The notes beneath the pieces are model-generated. The model had not been told where the DNA came from. It did not search any database and saw nothing but the letters and a program-made list of their open reading frames with translations. Below are positions 38,948-49,686 of a DNA stretch of 64,000 nt, piece after piece. The number at the start of each line of letters is the position of its first letter. The first letter of the stretch is position 1. This DNA is from Candidatus Geothermocultor quzhuomuensis (GTDB lineage: Bacteria > Actinomycetota > Aquicultoria > Geothermocultorales > Geothermocultoraceae): contig JACVJC010000003.1 in assembly GCA_015711795.1 (NCBI GenBank), positions 44,355-108,354 on the forward strand, given 5' to 3'. A program made the position numbers and the translations under genes.

Positions 38948-39391
38948 ATGAGACTAACTAAAAGAGCTGAATATGCTTTAAGGGCAATGCTGGAGCTTGC
39001 CTTTCAACCTGAGGAGAAATATATTTTATCGAAGGAAATCTCTGAAAAGCAGAGCATTCCTCTAAAATTTCTCGCCCATATTTTTTTAGATTTAAGCCGA
39101 GGAGGTTTAATTCAAACAAATCGGGGTATTGGTGGTGGAATCAAAATAACTAAGCCTCCTTCCCAAATAAACTTAAAGGAAATTATTGAATTAATTGAGG
39201 GCCCAATTGCTCTTAATGATTGCTTAACGACCCCTTCTCAATGCCAAAGAGATAAGTTTTGCTCTCTTTATGATGTTTGGGCTGAAGCTCAGAAAAAGTT
39301 CCTTGAAGTGCTTGAACAAACAACGTTAGAGGATTTAGTTACTAAAGGTTCTAAAAAAAGCCAAAGCTTGAGCGGGAAAAGAAAGCTATAA
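38948..39391 (+). CDS. iscR: Rrf2-family transcriptional regulator, IscR-like
   Basis: MRLTKRAEYALRAMLELA winged-helix N-terminus. Three-Cys cluster ligand motif C-x6-C-x5-C (CLTTPSQCQRDKFC). Start placed at the internal Met. Confidence 0.75.
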   Translation: MRLTKRAEYALRAMLELAFQPEEKYILSKEISEKQSIPLKFLAHIFLDLSRGGLIQTNRGIGGGIKITKPPSQINLKEIIELIEGPIALNDCLTTPSQCQRDKFCSLYDVWAEAQKKFLEVLEQTTLEDLVTKGSKKSQSLSGKRKL

Positions 39392-39412
39392 TAGCTAAAG
39401 GAGAGATAAAAA

Positions 39413-40597
39413 ATGAGAAAAGTTTATCTAGATAATGCTGCCACAACCCCAATTCACCCCGAAGTATTAAAAGTAATGCTTCCTTACCTTAAAGAGATAT
39501 ATGGTAACCCTTTGAGTCTTCACGATTTTGGTGAAGAAGCTAAGAAGGGAATTGAAAAGGCAAGAAGCCAAGTAGCTAATTTAATTGGAGCTAGCCCGGA
39601 AGAAATCATTTTTACTTCTAGTGGCACTGAATCAAACAATTTGGCTTTAAAAGGTATTGCTCAAGCTAATTCTAAAAAAGGCAATCATATAATTGTCTCC
39701 CAAATTGAACACTTCTCAGTTCTTTACCCTGCCAAGGCTTTGGAAAAAGCAGGATTCGAGGTTACTTACATTCCAGTAGATCAATATGGTCTTGTTGACC
39801 CCACCGATATTGAAAAAAAGATAAAAAAAGAAACGATTTTAATTTCAGTTATGTTTGCTAATGGAGAAATTGGTACAATTGAACCAATTAAAGAAATTGG
39901 CAAAATAGCTCGTGAGAAAGGTGTTTGCTTTCATACCGATGCGGTTCAAGCTGCTGGTATTATTCCAATAGATGTTAATGAGACCCAAGTTGACCTGCTT
40001 AGCTTATCAAGTCACCAATTTTATGGGCCAAAGGGTGTTGGTGCTCTCTTTGTAAGAAAAGGGATAAGAATCTTACCTTTTATTGAAGGAGGAATCCAGG
40101 AAGATGGAAAAAGACCAGGTACTGAAAATGTGGCAGGAATAGTTGGTTTAGGAAGAGCAGCTGAACTTGCAAGACAAGAACTTCCAGAGAGAATTACCTA
40201 CTTAGCTCCTCTTCGAGATAAACTCATTGAAGGGCTTTTGGGAAAAATTGACCGCATTATCTTAACTGGCCATCCAACTAAACGACTCCCTGGACATGTA
40301 AGCATCTGCATTGAGTTTATTGAAGGAGAATCGATGCTGATGTTTTTAAATATGGAAGGAATTGCTGCTTCTAGTGGCTCTGCTTGCACTTCTCGTGCTT
40401 TAAAGGCTTCTCATGTTCTTTTAGCCACTGGCATCTCGCACGAAACTGCTCATGGTTCTTTAGTCTTTTCAATAGGAATGAAAAACACCAAGGAAGACAT
40501 TGACTATGTTTTAGAGGTTCTTCCGCCGATTGTAGAGCGCTTAAGAAAGATGTCTCCTCTTTATGCTAAATACTTAAAAGTGAAGGGAGGAATTTAA
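39413..40597 (+). CDS. iscS: cysteine desulfurase (NifS/IscS class)
   Basis: MRKVYLDNAATTP..., PLP-binding region and the SGSACTS active-site loop. Confidence 0.9.
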   Translation: MRKVYLDNAATTPIHPEVLKVMLPYLKEIYGNPLSLHDFGEEAKKGIEKARSQVANLIGASPEEIIFTSSGTESNNLALKGIAQANSKKGNHIIVSQIEHFSVLYPAKALEKAGFEVTYIPVDQYGLVDPTDIEKKIKKETILISVMFANGEIGTIEPIKEIGKIAREKGVCFHTDAVQAAGIIPIDVNETQVDLLSLSSHQFYGPKGVGALFVRKGIRILPFIEGGIQEDGKRPGTENVAGIVGLGRAAELARQELPERITYLAPLRDKLIEGLLGKIDRIILTGHPTKRLPGHVSICIEFIEGESMLMFLNMEGIAASSGSACTSRALKASHVLLATGISHETAHGSLVFSIGMKNTKEDIDYVLEVLPPIVERLRKMSPLYAKYLKVKGGI

Positions 40598-40598
40598 A

Positions 40599-41168
40599 AT
40601 GCCTCTTTATAGTGAAAAAGTGATGGAACATTTTAAAAATCCAAGAAATGTTGGTGAAATTGAAAACGCAGATGGAATAGGTGAAGTTGGCAACCCTGTT
40701 TGTGGGGATATGATGACCTTTTATATCAAAGTCAAAGATAACCATTTAGAGGATGTTAAGTTCCAAACCTTTGGATGTGGAGCAGCCATTGCTGTTTCAA
40801 GCATGGTCAGTGAGATGGCTAAAGGTAAAACCATTGAAGAAGCTCTCAAAATCACCAACAAAATGGTAGCTGAAAAACTTGAGGGTTTACCCTCTAACAA
40901 GATGCATTGTTCCAATCTAGGAGCCTCGGCTCTCCACAAAGCAATTGAGAATTATCTGGAAAAGAAAAAGGTCAAGCTGAAAGTAAAAGAAATGCCCAAG
41001 CCCAGCGAAGAAAAAGTGTGTTGCTGCCCGTATTGCAAATCCTCTATCACCATGCCCTATCCTTATTGTCAATCCTGTGGTAAAGAATATGTGTTCTGCC
41101 CCACATGTAAAAAACCATATCCTAAAGGAACGAGAACCTGTTCTCAATGTGGGAAAAAGCTTGAATAA
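40599..41168 (+). CDS. iscU: Fe-S cluster assembly scaffold IscU/NifU with C-terminal multi-Cys zinc-ribbon extension
   Basis: YSEKVMEHFKNPRNVG...GNPVCGDMM...FGCGAAIA...MHCSNL is the IscU core. An extra 50-aa tail follows: CCCPYCKSS...CQSCGK...CPTCKK...CSQCGKKLE. Confidence 0.8.
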   Translation: MPLYSEKVMEHFKNPRNVGEIENADGIGEVGNPVCGDMMTFYIKVKDNHLEDVKFQTFGCGAAIAVSSMVSEMAKGKTIEEALKITNKMVAEKLEGLPSNKMHCSNLGASALHKAIENYLEKKKVKLKVKEMPKPSEEKVCCCPYCKSSITMPYPYCQSCGKEYVFCPTCKKPYPKGTRTCSQCGKKLE

Positions 41169-41189
41169 ACTCGCGCACAGGAGATTTAA

Positions 41190-41429
41190 ATGAAAGCTAA
41201 TGCTACTTTAGATACCTTTGGGCTTCTCTGCCCCATGCCCATCATTAAAACTGCTCAAAAAATTAAAGAATTAAAAGAGGGAGAAATCCTGGAAGTAATT
41301 TCCACTGATGAGGGGATAAAGGAAGATATGCCTGCTTGGTGTAAAAGCACCGGCAACGAGTTCTTGGGAATTGAGGAAGAAAAAAATGACCCTATTATTT
41401 ACAAAGTTTATCTCAGGAAAAAGGGGTAA
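41190..41429 (+). CDS. tusA: TusA-like sulfurtransferase
   Basis: LDTFGLLCPMPIIKTAQKIKELKEGEILEV carries the CPxP motif. Confidence 0.75.
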   Translation: MKANATLDTFGLLCPMPIIKTAQKIKELKEGEILEVISTDEGIKEDMPAWCKSTGNEFLGIEEEKNDPIIYKVYLRKKG

Positions 41430-41430
41430 T

Positions 41431-41622
41431 TTAAATTTTTTCTCTCAAAATTACCTGGTGTTCAAGAAGCTTTATTTCTTTAACCTCAGCATCAACAAAT
41501 TTCTGTTCGCCAAAAAGGTCAACTAAAAGTAGTTTATCTCCTTCAGGCTTTATGGTAACAACATTTTCCATAAAATCCTCCAGCTTTCCTTCTTTTTCAA
41601 TAAAAACCTTTGCTTCACACAT
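41431..41622 (-). CDS. CooT-like small nickel-binding protein
   Basis: 63 aa beginning MCEAKVF, with the overall length and pattern of Rhodospirillum CooT (MCMAKVVL..., about 66 aa). Confidence 0.45.
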   Translation of the reverse strand: MCEAKVFIEKEGKLEDFMENVVTIKPEGDKLLLVDLFGEQKFVDAEVKEIKLLEHQVILREKI

Positions 41623-41637
41623 AATAGGTCCTCCTCG

Positions 41638-42048
41638 TTATTCTAAAATTTTTTTCTTGACTATTTCTATTGCTTCTTCCATTAAATGAGGTAAAGGGAG
41701 CTCAGATGTACCGACAATCTTTAACTTTGGGTAACTTAAAGGAAGCAAAACTTTTTCCCCGGCTGCCAGAGAAATTGCTTCAGCAATACCAGGAGTCACT
41801 TCGCCCATCATTGAATTGGGAATAACAACAGCAATTGGAGCAATAATTAAATCGGCTTCTTTAATCGAAACTTTAATTGCATTTTCACCACTTGCTCCAC
41901 GATTGGCTCCAGCCTTCATCATTTGACTGACTGCCACAGCATTAGTTGCTAAGGCAACAATCTCAACCTCTGGGAAGTTCTCACGAAGACGAGAAATTAT
42001 TTCTTTGCCAATACTGCCACCAAGCCCATCAATGACAGCAATCTTCAT
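41638..42048 (-). CDS. DUF3842-like protein
   Basis: MKIAVIDGLGGSIGKEII... Small Rossmann-like protein. Family assignment is from memory only. Confidence 0.35.
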   Translation of the reverse strand: MKIAVIDGLGGSIGKEIISRLRENFPEVEIVALATNAVAVSQMMKAGANRGASGENAIKVSIKEADLIIAPIAVVIPNSMMGEVTPGIAEAISLAAGEKVLLPLSYPKLKIVGTSELPLPHLMEEAIEIVKKKILE

Positions 42049-42054
42049 TTTGCA

Positions 42055-42372
42055 CTATATCCCTAGCTCTTCAATTAGTTTTTCGGTGTTCATTGCTCCA
42101 ACAACTGTTTTTTTAACCTCGCCTTTCTCAAAAAGAATAAAAGTAGGAATACTCCTTACCTCATAGCGAGAAGCAACTGCTGGATTATCATCGACATTAA
42201 TCTTAGCAACTTTAATTTTTTTTTGAAATTTTTGGGCAATTTCTTCCATCACTGGCGCCATTATTCGACATGGACCACACCAAGGTGCCCAAAAGTCAAC
42301 TAAAACAGGAGCTTCAAAACTTTTAATAACTTCTTCAAAGTTAGCGTCAGTTAATTCGATTATCTGAGCCAT
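42055..42372 (-). CDS. trxA: thioredoxin
   Basis: WAPWCGPCR active site. 105 aa. Confidence 0.9.
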   Translation of the reverse strand: MAQIIELTDANFEEVIKSFEAPVLVDFWAPWCGPCRIMAPVMEEIAQKFQKKIKVAKINVDDNPAVASRYEVRSIPTFILFEKGEVKKTVVGAMNTEKLIEELGI

Positions 42373-42418
42373 TCACATCCCTCCTTCAAGTGCGGTTTAA
42401 TCTTAACATAATGCTAAA

Positions 42419-43363
42419 TTATTGACGATAAGTTTTTCGTCTCTTCCTTTCAAGATATCTCTCAGCCATGATAGAAGCTAAAGCCCCTTCGCCAACAGCA
42501 ACAGCCACTTGTTTTAACTGACTATGACGAACATCACCAGCCGCAAAGACTCCCTTAACAGAAGTTTCTAGGTCTTGGTTAGTTAAGATGTAACCTTCTT
42601 CATCCAGCTCAAGAGTATCCCCCAGCCATCTAGTATTAGGGATGTTACCAACATAAATAAAAACGCCATCAATTGGTTCCTCAATAATTTCATTGGTCAA
42701 TTTATTTTTGATAACACCTTTCTCAACTTTACTTTCGCCCTTAATTTCAATAAGGTGTGAGTTCCAGATAAATTTAACCTTAGGATTGGCAAAGGCTTCC
42801 TCTTGAAGAATTTTAGTAGCTCTTAGCTCATCTCGACGGTGAACAACTAAAACTTCTGAAGCAAACTTGGTCAAAAATAAAGCTTCACTAATTGCTGAAT
42901 CCCCACCCCCAACTACAATTACCCTCTTATCTTTGAAAAAAGCTCCGTCACAAGTAGCACAGTAGGAAACTCCTCGTCCTGTAAGCCTATCCTCGCCCGA
43001 TATTTCAAGCTTAGCTGGATTTGTACCAGTAGCAATAATAACTGCTTGAGACAGGAAATTTCCTTGAGCCGATAAAATTTTTTTAAAATCATCTTCCAGC
43101 TCAAGCCCTGTAACCTCAGTGAGATTTTTAATTTCCAGTCCAAATCTCTTAGCTTGTTCCTCCATCTTTTGGGCTAAATCGAGACCAGAAATCCCTTGAG
43201 GGAAACCAGGATAATTTTCAATCCTTTCAGAGAGAGTGATTTGTCCACCAGTAACACCTTTGTCAAGCAAAAGAGTTTTTAATCGGGCTCGGGAAGCATA
43301 AATGCCAGCTGTAAGCCCTGCTGGCCCACCACCAACGATAATGAGGTCATAAATTTCTTTCAA
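42419..43363 (-). CDS. trxB: thioredoxin-disulfide reductase
   Basis: GGGPAG FAD motif, CATCDG redox-active disulfide, second NADPH Rossmann fold. Confidence 0.9.
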   Translation of the reverse strand: MKEIYDLIIVGGGPAGLTAGIYASRARLKTLLLDKGVTGGQITLSERIENYPGFPQGISGLDLAQKMEEQAKRFGLEIKNLTEVTGLELEDDFKKILSAQGNFLSQAVIIATGTNPAKLEISGEDRLTGRGVSYCATCDGAFFKDKRVIVVGGGDSAISEALFLTKFASEVLVVHRRDELRATKILQEEAFANPKVKFIWNSHLIEIKGESKVEKGVIKNKLTNEIIEEPIDGVFIYVGNIPNTRWLGDTLELDEEGYILTNQDLETSVKGVFAAGDVRHSQLKQVAVAVGEGALASIMAERYLERKRRKTYRQ

Positions 43364-43364
43364 T

Positions 43365-44435
43365 CTAGCTCCTTTGAGATTTTAAGATAGCTTTTATTTT
43401 CTTGAGATTGCTTTGAGCAGCCTGGGAAAGAGTACCATTAGGCTCAAGCTCAAGATATTTTCTAAATTCTTTTTCCGCTCCTTTTAAATCATTTCGCCCT
43501 CGCCACAAGACAACACCAAGGTTATAGTGAGCATATGCATGTTTTGGGTCAATTTTGATAACCTTATTGAGTTCAGCTAAAGCAAGGTCAATTATGCCTA
43601 AATTAAAGTAAGCAATAGCTAAGTCAGTTCTGACATCGGTATTAGCTGGGTCTAGCTTAATAGCTTTGCGATATATCTCGATTGCATTTTGATACTTATG
43701 GGAGTCAAAATAAAAATTACCTAAAGCAATTAATGTTTGGAGGTCGTTAGGATTTTCTCGAAGAATTCTCAAGTATTCTTGTTCTTGAACTTTATAGGCT
43801 TCAAATTCAGCCCTAATCTCTGGTGGCAATTCCACCTTGGATTTGTTTCCACCCAAAACGCCGAATTGGATAATTAAAACAAGAGCGATAAATAAAACAA
43901 GGCCAGTGGCAATTGGAAGCAAACTTCTCTTTTTTGTTTTCAATAACCGACTGATTGACTCTCTTCGGCTTTCTCTTTCTCTAAACTGTTGCACTTTAAT
44001 TCCAAAAAGTTGAGCCTTCAGAAGCATGTTTAAATCGTTAGTAACAATAGTAACTTCAGCCTGAGGATTATCAGTAGCAATTTGATAAACTGTAGCCAGA
44101 ATTTGGTCATCTGAACTTTTGATATTTAGTGAGGAAGGATAAGGCTTGTTTGGGTCAAAAGAAACCACCCTCAAAGTAGAGCTGTTTTCTAAGCTAATAC
44201 CTTCTACCAGTTTGCCCTTCTCTGAAATATCAAAGAGAAGGCGAGAAACTTTTCTCCCTCGAAAGCGCAAGTCTTTATCTAAGGAAGTCATTTTAAGCTT
44301 ATCTAATTCAACAAAAACAGTTTGAGGAATAATCACTTCACTTTGAGGAAAAGCAAAAATTATTTGAGAATCATATAAAAGAGCATTAGTATCAAGAATT
44401 ATTATTTTCTTTTTTTTATTAAATTCTTTTTTCAT
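43365..44435 (-). CDS. PIN-domain / TM / TPR-repeat protein
   Basis: N-terminal IIILDTNALLYD...VFVELDKLK is a PIN domain. A central hydrophobic helix follows, then C-terminal TPR repeats (ALGNFYFDSHKYQNAIEIYRKAIKLDPAN...). Confidence 0.55.
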   Translation of the reverse strand: MKKEFNKKKKIIILDTNALLYDSQIIFAFPQSEVIIPQTVFVELDKLKMTSLDKDLRFRGRKVSRLLFDISEKGKLVEGISLENSSTLRVVSFDPNKPYPSSLNIKSSDDQILATVYQIATDNPQAEVTIVTNDLNMLLKAQLFGIKVQQFRERESRRESISRLLKTKKRSLLPIATGLVLFIALVLIIQFGVLGGNKSKVELPPEIRAEFEAYKVQEQEYLRILRENPNDLQTLIALGNFYFDSHKYQNAIEIYRKAIKLDPANTDVRTDLAIAYFNLGIIDLALAELNKVIKIDPKHAYAHYNLGVVLWRGRNDLKGAEKEFRKYLELEPNGTLSQAAQSNLKKIKAILKSQRS

Positions 44436-44504
44436 CTTTTAGAAATTATTTTTTATGTCCTTTAGTTTCCTAACTCCTCTTAGAAGCTTACCAGCTAAAA
44501 GTGG

Positions 44505-44771
44505 TTACTTGACATATCGAGCATACTTAAGAAAGACCTCTAAAGCTAATTCTACCGCACTTTCGGTATCGAGTTCGTTTTCTTTCAGGCATTCTCGCAT
44601 TCTCTGGCTGATTATCTGAATTCCTACTTCATCAAGAGCACTTCTCACAGCAGCTAACTGAGTTAAAACCTCTTCACACGAGCGATTTTCCATAATCATA
44701 CTTTGGAGACCTTTAACTTGCCCCTCGATTCTTTTCAACCTATTTAAGATTTTTTTGTCTTGATTATCCAT
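44505..44771 (-). CDS. CsoR/RcnR/FrmR-family metal-sensing transcriptional repressor
   Basis: LNRLKRIEGQVKGLQSMIMENRSCEEVLTQLAAVRSAL is the DUF156/CsoR signature with the conserved Cys. Confidence 0.75.
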   Translation of the reverse strand: MDNQDKKILNRLKRIEGQVKGLQSMIMENRSCEEVLTQLAAVRSALDEVGIQIISQRMRECLKENELDTESAVELALEVFLKYARYVK

Positions 44772-44933
44772 AATACCCTCAAGGGTATTCTAAAAGAGCC
44801 CAATAATATCTGTCAAACTAATTCCAATAAGGAGAAGACTATATAAAGTTACTTATGATTGAAATAAAAATTGGTTTAAAAAAGTTTCTAACTTCAGTCC
44901 TTAGCTCAAGTTAATCTTGCCTCAAGTAGCTGC

Positions 44934-45296
44934 TTATTCATATGAGGGGGTAGCACTTCCAGTAACGGAAACTTTCAGGTACGGTTGGAAGTAACCAATT
45001 CGGTGAACGATAAAGGTATCTCGAACAGGGATAATAACTTCTACTGTAATTTTCTCAGGTGAGAAATTAAATTTGTTTAAAGTAACCCCCATTTCTTTAG
45101 CTTTGCTTTGACTAGTATACTCGGCAGCACTTGGAGAATGAGTTGAGAGGTAATTTTTCATACCTTCTTGAGCAATCTCATCAGCTAAACTTGTTTGAAA
45201 GCGTGGCATTGCAACTCTTATGGCGTCATTAATAATGACAATACTGATAGCGATGATAATAAAAAATTTAATAACTATACTAAATGAGTTTCTCAT
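44934..45296 (-). CDS. small membrane-anchored protein
   Basis: N-terminal TM helix. Translationally coupled to the upstream large gene by a 4-nt overlap. Confidence 0.35.
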   Translation of the reverse strand: MRNSFSIVIKFFIIIAISIVIINDAIRVAMPRFQTSLADEIAQEGMKNYLSTHSPSAAEYTSQSKAKEMGVTLNKFNFSPEKITVEVIIPVRDTFIVHRIGYFQPYLKVSVTGSATPSYE

Positions 45297-47239
45297 TTGA
45301 ATCTTTCACCTTTCTTAAGTTGATAGCGCAAAATAAGCAACAAAATTGCTAGTAATATTAAAGTGAAGAATATTTGAGAAATCAAGCGAGAAAGATAAGT
45401 GCTAGCAATGGGAATGGCTGAAGTCTTGATTAATTTTCCATTAAGGCTTTCAAGTCTTACCGATAGTTTAAGTTGACCATACTTCTCAGCAACTACAGGA
45501 AAAGAAAGGATATTTTCCTTTGGATTAAGGGTGTATTCTCTCGCCCCTCCTTTGGGGAAAGAGAGACCAGCACAAGAAACTTTTACTCTTATTTTCAAAG
45601 GATAGTTATTTTGATTAAGAATTGAAATAGGAATTTTCCCTGATTTACTTGCTAAAGTAATTTTTGTCTCACTTACTTTAATTTTTTTTAAATCTTCTTC
45701 AACTGAATTTTGGATTGCTTGAAGAAATTCCATCCCCTTATTTTGAAAATCTTTTGCCTGGCTAAAGCTTCTATTTTCAGCAATCAAAAGAAATCTTTTG
45801 AGCTTTTCTCTTAAGGGATTTTCTTCCATTGTTAGGTCAAGAAAGAGATTGAAAAGTTCCCGAGTTTTTTTAACTTTTTCATAATATGACTTTTCAACTG
45901 AAGATTCACTTTGAGGGTTAAGAACAAATTTAATCTTTTGAGGAAGGAAATTTGTAAATTCTCGCAAAAATCTCGCTTTGACCCAGGGAACTTTCTCCAA
46001 GCTAAAAAGGAGAACCTCGAGTCGGCCTGGTTTAATATCAGAGAAGTCAACTACAACTAGGGAGTTAATTTGATTTGAAAGATAAATTTTGGCAAGGTAA
46101 GCTAAAAAATCCTGAACAGCTAATTGATGAGAAGTATCCTGAGAAAGAATACTTGACGCCTCTAGGTCAATGGGGAAAAAGAGTAAATTATTTTTTTTAA
46201 CTGGTTGATAAGGAAAAAGATTTTTACTCCTACCTACAACATACTTGACTTTTCCTGATAGAAGCGAAAATGATTTTGAATCCAAATTAAGGTTAGGAGG
46301 ATAAACTCCTTCAATCTTATTTGGAAGTTCCAAAATTTTTCTGGCAACTTTTTCTCCCTCTTTAATTTGCTGGTTAAAATCTTCATGCCAACCCCTCTTA
46401 ACTAGCGAGGGGAGTGAAGGAGAAGCATAGGGCAGAAAAAGTACCTCAACTTTTTGATTAGTAATTAAACTTTTAAGCAATTGGAGAAGTTTCTTGGTGT
46501 TAGATGGCCCCCTCAAAGCTGAAGGGATACTTTTAACTCTTTCTCCATCTAAGATCTTGTAACCATCTGAGAGATCTTTTAATTGTTCGAGAAGGATAGG
46601 GGAAAAAACTAGGTTAACCCGAGAATTGTGAAGACTAATGATTTGAGCAATGAGAAAATAAATACCTGGAAGCTGAGGGTTATTATCGCATCCCTGAACT
46701 AGTTCATCATCGAGATATATCCCCTCAGAGTTAAAGTGAACATTTTCTTCTAGGGGAAGAACCAAAGCAAAGTTTAAAGGAGGAGTGAGCCGATTAACAA
46801 TGATTAAAGAGGAATTTATCTCCTCAACTATCTTTCCCCTTTGCTTGAGGATGAACTTAATAGGATAAACGCCTTCCCTTAACTTTAATTGGGAAATTTT
46901 CTCTCGAACTTCAAAAGCCGTAAAACCGGGAGAGAGCTTGTTTTTGTAAAGGGAACGGCTTAAAATTACTTTTTTAATCTTTTTTTCTTCAGGTTTTTTG
47001 GGCTCAGTTATAGAAAAATAAACCCGGATATTCTTTACTGATTGAGTAGTGTTGTTAGCTACCCTGATAGACAAGATGAATTCGTCAGAAGTAGAGTAAT
47101 AAATCTTATCAAAGTTAAAATTTAATGAAACTGAAGGCTGCGGGAGATTCTGTGAAAAAGCGAGAGAAATTTTTAAATTAACTAAGAGAAAAATAACTGA
47201 TAAAATAGTTAAAGAGTGACGAATTAATAATCTTTTCAT
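45293..47239 (-). CDS. large exported protein with C-terminal TM anchor, unknown function
   Basis: Signal peptide, 648 aa, C-terminal hydrophobic helix followed by a basic tail (RYQLKKGERFK). No domain recognised. Confidence 0.4.
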   Translation of the reverse strand: MKRLLIRHSLTILSVIFLLVNLKISLAFSQNLPQPSVSLNFNFDKIYYSTSDEFILSIRVANNTTQSVKNIRVYFSITEPKKPEEKKIKKVILSRSLYKNKLSPGFTAFEVREKISQLKLREGVYPIKFILKQRGKIVEEINSSLIIVNRLTPPLNFALVLPLEENVHFNSEGIYLDDELVQGCDNNPQLPGIYFLIAQIISLHNSRVNLVFSPILLEQLKDLSDGYKILDGERVKSIPSALRGPSNTKKLLQLLKSLITNQKVEVLFLPYASPSLPSLVKRGWHEDFNQQIKEGEKVARKILELPNKIEGVYPPNLNLDSKSFSLLSGKVKYVVGRSKNLFPYQPVKKNNLLFFPIDLEASSILSQDTSHQLAVQDFLAYLAKIYLSNQINSLVVVDFSDIKPGRLEVLLFSLEKVPWVKARFLREFTNFLPQKIKFVLNPQSESSVEKSYYEKVKKTRELFNLFLDLTMEENPLREKLKRFLLIAENRSFSQAKDFQNKGMEFLQAIQNSVEEDLKKIKVSETKITLASKSGKIPISILNQNNYPLKIRVKVSCAGLSFPKGGAREYTLNPKENILSFPVVAEKYGQLKLSVRLESLNGKLIKTSAIPIASTYLSRLISQIFFTLILLAILLLILRYQLKKGERFK

Positions 47240-47298
47240 CGTTTAATTTCAAATGTTAACATGATTTACAAGTGAGGTAAAATAGAATAAAAGGAAAG

Positions 47299-49686
47299 GT
47301 GAGAAAAATGGCTAAAATTTTTGGAAATTTTAAAATTCCGAAGGAGTTGCCCTTAATTCCTTTAAGAGATTTGGTTGTTTTTCCTAATTTGGTGGTCCCC
47401 CTTTTTGTTGGAAGACAAAGATCGATGAACGCTCTTGAAAAAGCAATGCAAAAAGACCACTTAGTTCTACTTGTTTCTCAAAAGAAAGCTGAAATTCAAG
47501 AACCTTCTCCTGAAGAACTTTATGAGATTGGTTGCGTCGCTACAATTATGCAAGAGTTAAAATTGCCAGACGGAACAGCTAAAGCACTAGTTGAAGGAAT
47601 AAGAAGGGTTAGAATTCTTGAGATTGTTCAGGAAGAACCTTACTTTAAAGCAAGGGTTGAAGAACTTCCAGAGATAGACCATAAGGATTTGGGAGCCGAA
47701 GCTCTAATGAGGAATGTCGTCAGTCAATTTGAAAAAGCAGCTCAATTGGGAAAACCAATTCCTCGAGAAGTGATTTTAGCTGCTTTAAACATTGAAAGCC
47801 CAGGCAGGCTAGCTGATTTTATCGCATTTCATCTTAGTTTAAAGACCGAAGAGAGACAAGAAATTCTTGAAGCGGTTGACTCTGTTAAAAGACTTGAAAA
47901 AGTTAACCTCCTTTTAAGTAAAGAATTAGAGATTCTTGAAATTGGAAGCAAGATTCAGTCAAGAGTTAGAGAACAAGTAAATAAAGCCCAAAAAGAATAT
48001 TTCTTAAAAGAGCAGTTAAAAGCAATTCAGAAAGAGCTGGGGGGGCTTGATGAACAGCAAGCTGAGATTGAAGAGCTAAAGGCAAAGATAAAAGAGGCAA
48101 AAATGCCACCTGATGTTGAGGAAAAAGCAATGAAGGAAGTGGAGCGGTTTTCGAAAATGCCACCTGGCTCGGCTGAACTTTCGGTTGTTCGCACTTACCT
48201 TGATTGGTTAATTTCTCTTCCCTGGGCGATTAAAACAACTAAAAAATTAAATTTAAAAGAAGCAGCTAAAATTTTAGATGAGGACCATTATGGTTTGGAG
48301 AAAGTGAAAGAGCGAGTAATTGAGTTTTTGGCTGTTCACAAGCTGACTAAAGGTAAAGCTAAAGGTTCCATCCTATGTTTTGTTGGACCTCCCGGAACCG
48401 GAAAGACATCGATTGGTAAATCAATTGCTCGAGCCCTAGGAAGAAAGTTTGCTCGAATTTCCCTAGGTGGAGTTAGAGATGAAGCCGAGATTAGAGGTCA
48501 TCGAAGAACTTATGTGGGAGCACTTCCGGGGAGAATAATCCAAACATTGGCTCATGTTAAGTCAAAAAATCCTGTTTTTATGCTCGACGAGGTAGACAAG
48601 ATAGGGGTTGACTTTAGAGGTGACCCTTCCTCAGCTTTGCTTGAAGTTCTTGACCCAGAACAAAATTATTCATTTTCTGACCATTATCTTGAGGTTCCCT
48701 TCGACCTTTCTGAAGTAATGTTTATTACCACAGCCAATATTCTCGATACTATTCCACCCGCCTTAAGAGATAGAATGGAGGTCATTCATTTCCCTGGATA
48801 TACTGAGGAAGAAAAATTAAAGATAGCTCAAAACTTTCTTATTCCGAAACAAGTTAAGGGTCACGGCTTAACCAAAAACAACTTAGAAATAAAAGAAGAT
48901 TCACTTCGAAAATTAATTAGAGAATACACGCGAGAAGCTGGTGTCCGAAATTTGGAGAGGGAAATATCCTCCATTTGCCGTCAAGTTGCCAGGAAAGTAG
49001 TTGAAGGACGCAAAAAGAAAATTAAAGTTAAATCAAATAATTTAGCTGATTTTCTTGGACCAACCCGATTTAGATATGGGATGGCTGAAGAGAAAGATGA
49101 AATTGGAACAGCCACTGGATTAGTCTGGACTGAAGTCGGAGGAGACATAATTTCAGTTGAAGCAACTTTAATGAAGGGGAAAGGAAACTTAATTTTAACT
49201 GGCTATTTGGGAGATGTCATGAAAGAATCAGCTCAAGCAGCAGTGAGCTATATTAGGTCGAGAGCGAGTGAGCTCGGAATTGATGAAGATTTTTATAAAA
49301 AATATGATATTCACATCCACGTTCCGGCTGGAGCAATTCCCAAAGATGGCCCTTCAGCTGGAATTACTATGGCAACTTCACTAGTTTCCGCTTTAACCAA
49401 GAGAAAAGTTAAGAAAGATATTGCCATGACGGGGGAAATAACTTTGCGTGGGCATGTTCTTCCAGTTGGAGGAATTAAAGAAAAAATTTTAGCTGCTCAT
49501 CGTGCTGGTATTAAACAAGTTATAATTCCAGAAGAAAATGAGAAAGACCTAATTCTTGTTCCCAAGCATGTTCAAAAAGAACTCAAATTTATTAAAGCTA
49601 AAAATGTTGATGAAGTTTTTAAAGCTGCTTTAGAGCCTAACCGAGGCAAAAAAGCTACTCATATCCGTGAGGTGGTTAAGGCTTGA
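47299..49686 (+). CDS. lon: ATP-dependent protease Lon
   Basis: LON N-domain, Walker [10 protein letters not shown], and the protease Ser-Lys dyad region ([17 protein letters not shown]). Confidence 0.95.
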   Translation: MRKMAKIFGNFKIPKELPLIPLRDLVVFPNLVVPLFVGRQRSMNALEKAMQKDHLVLLVSQKKAEIQEPSPEELYEIGCVATIMQELKLPDGTAKALVEGIRRVRILEIVQEEPYFKARVEELPEIDHKDLGAEALMRNVVSQFEKAAQLGKPIPREVILAALNIESPGRLADFIAFHLSLKTEERQEILEAVDSVKRLEKVNLLLSKELEILEIGSKIQSRVREQVNKAQKEYFLKEQLKAIQKELGGLDEQQAEIEELKAKIKEAKMPPDVEEKAMKEVERFSKMPPGSAELSVVRTYLDWLISLPWAIKTTKKLNLKEAAKILDEDHYGLEKVKERVIEFLAVHKLTKGKAKGSILCFVGPPGTGKTSIGKSIARALGRKFARISLGGVRDEAEIRGHRRTYVGALPGRIIQTLAHVKSKNPVFMLDEVDKIGVDFRGDPSSALLEVLDPEQNYSFSDHYLEVPFDLSEVMFITTANILDTIPPALRDRMEVIHFPGYTEEEKLKIAQNFLIPKQVKGHGLTKNNLEIKEDSLRKLIREYTREAGVRNLEREISSICRQVARKVVEGRKKKIKVKSNNLADFLGPTRFRYGMAEEKDEIGTATGLVWTEVGGDIISVEATLMKGKGNLILTGYLGDVMKESAQAAVSYIRSRASELGIDEDFYKKYDIHIHVPAGAIPKDGPSAGITMATSLVSALTKRKVKKDIAMTGEITLRGHVLPVGGIKEKILAAHRAGIKQVIIPEENEKDLILVPKHVQKELKFIKAKNVDEVFKAALEPNRGKKATHIREVVKA

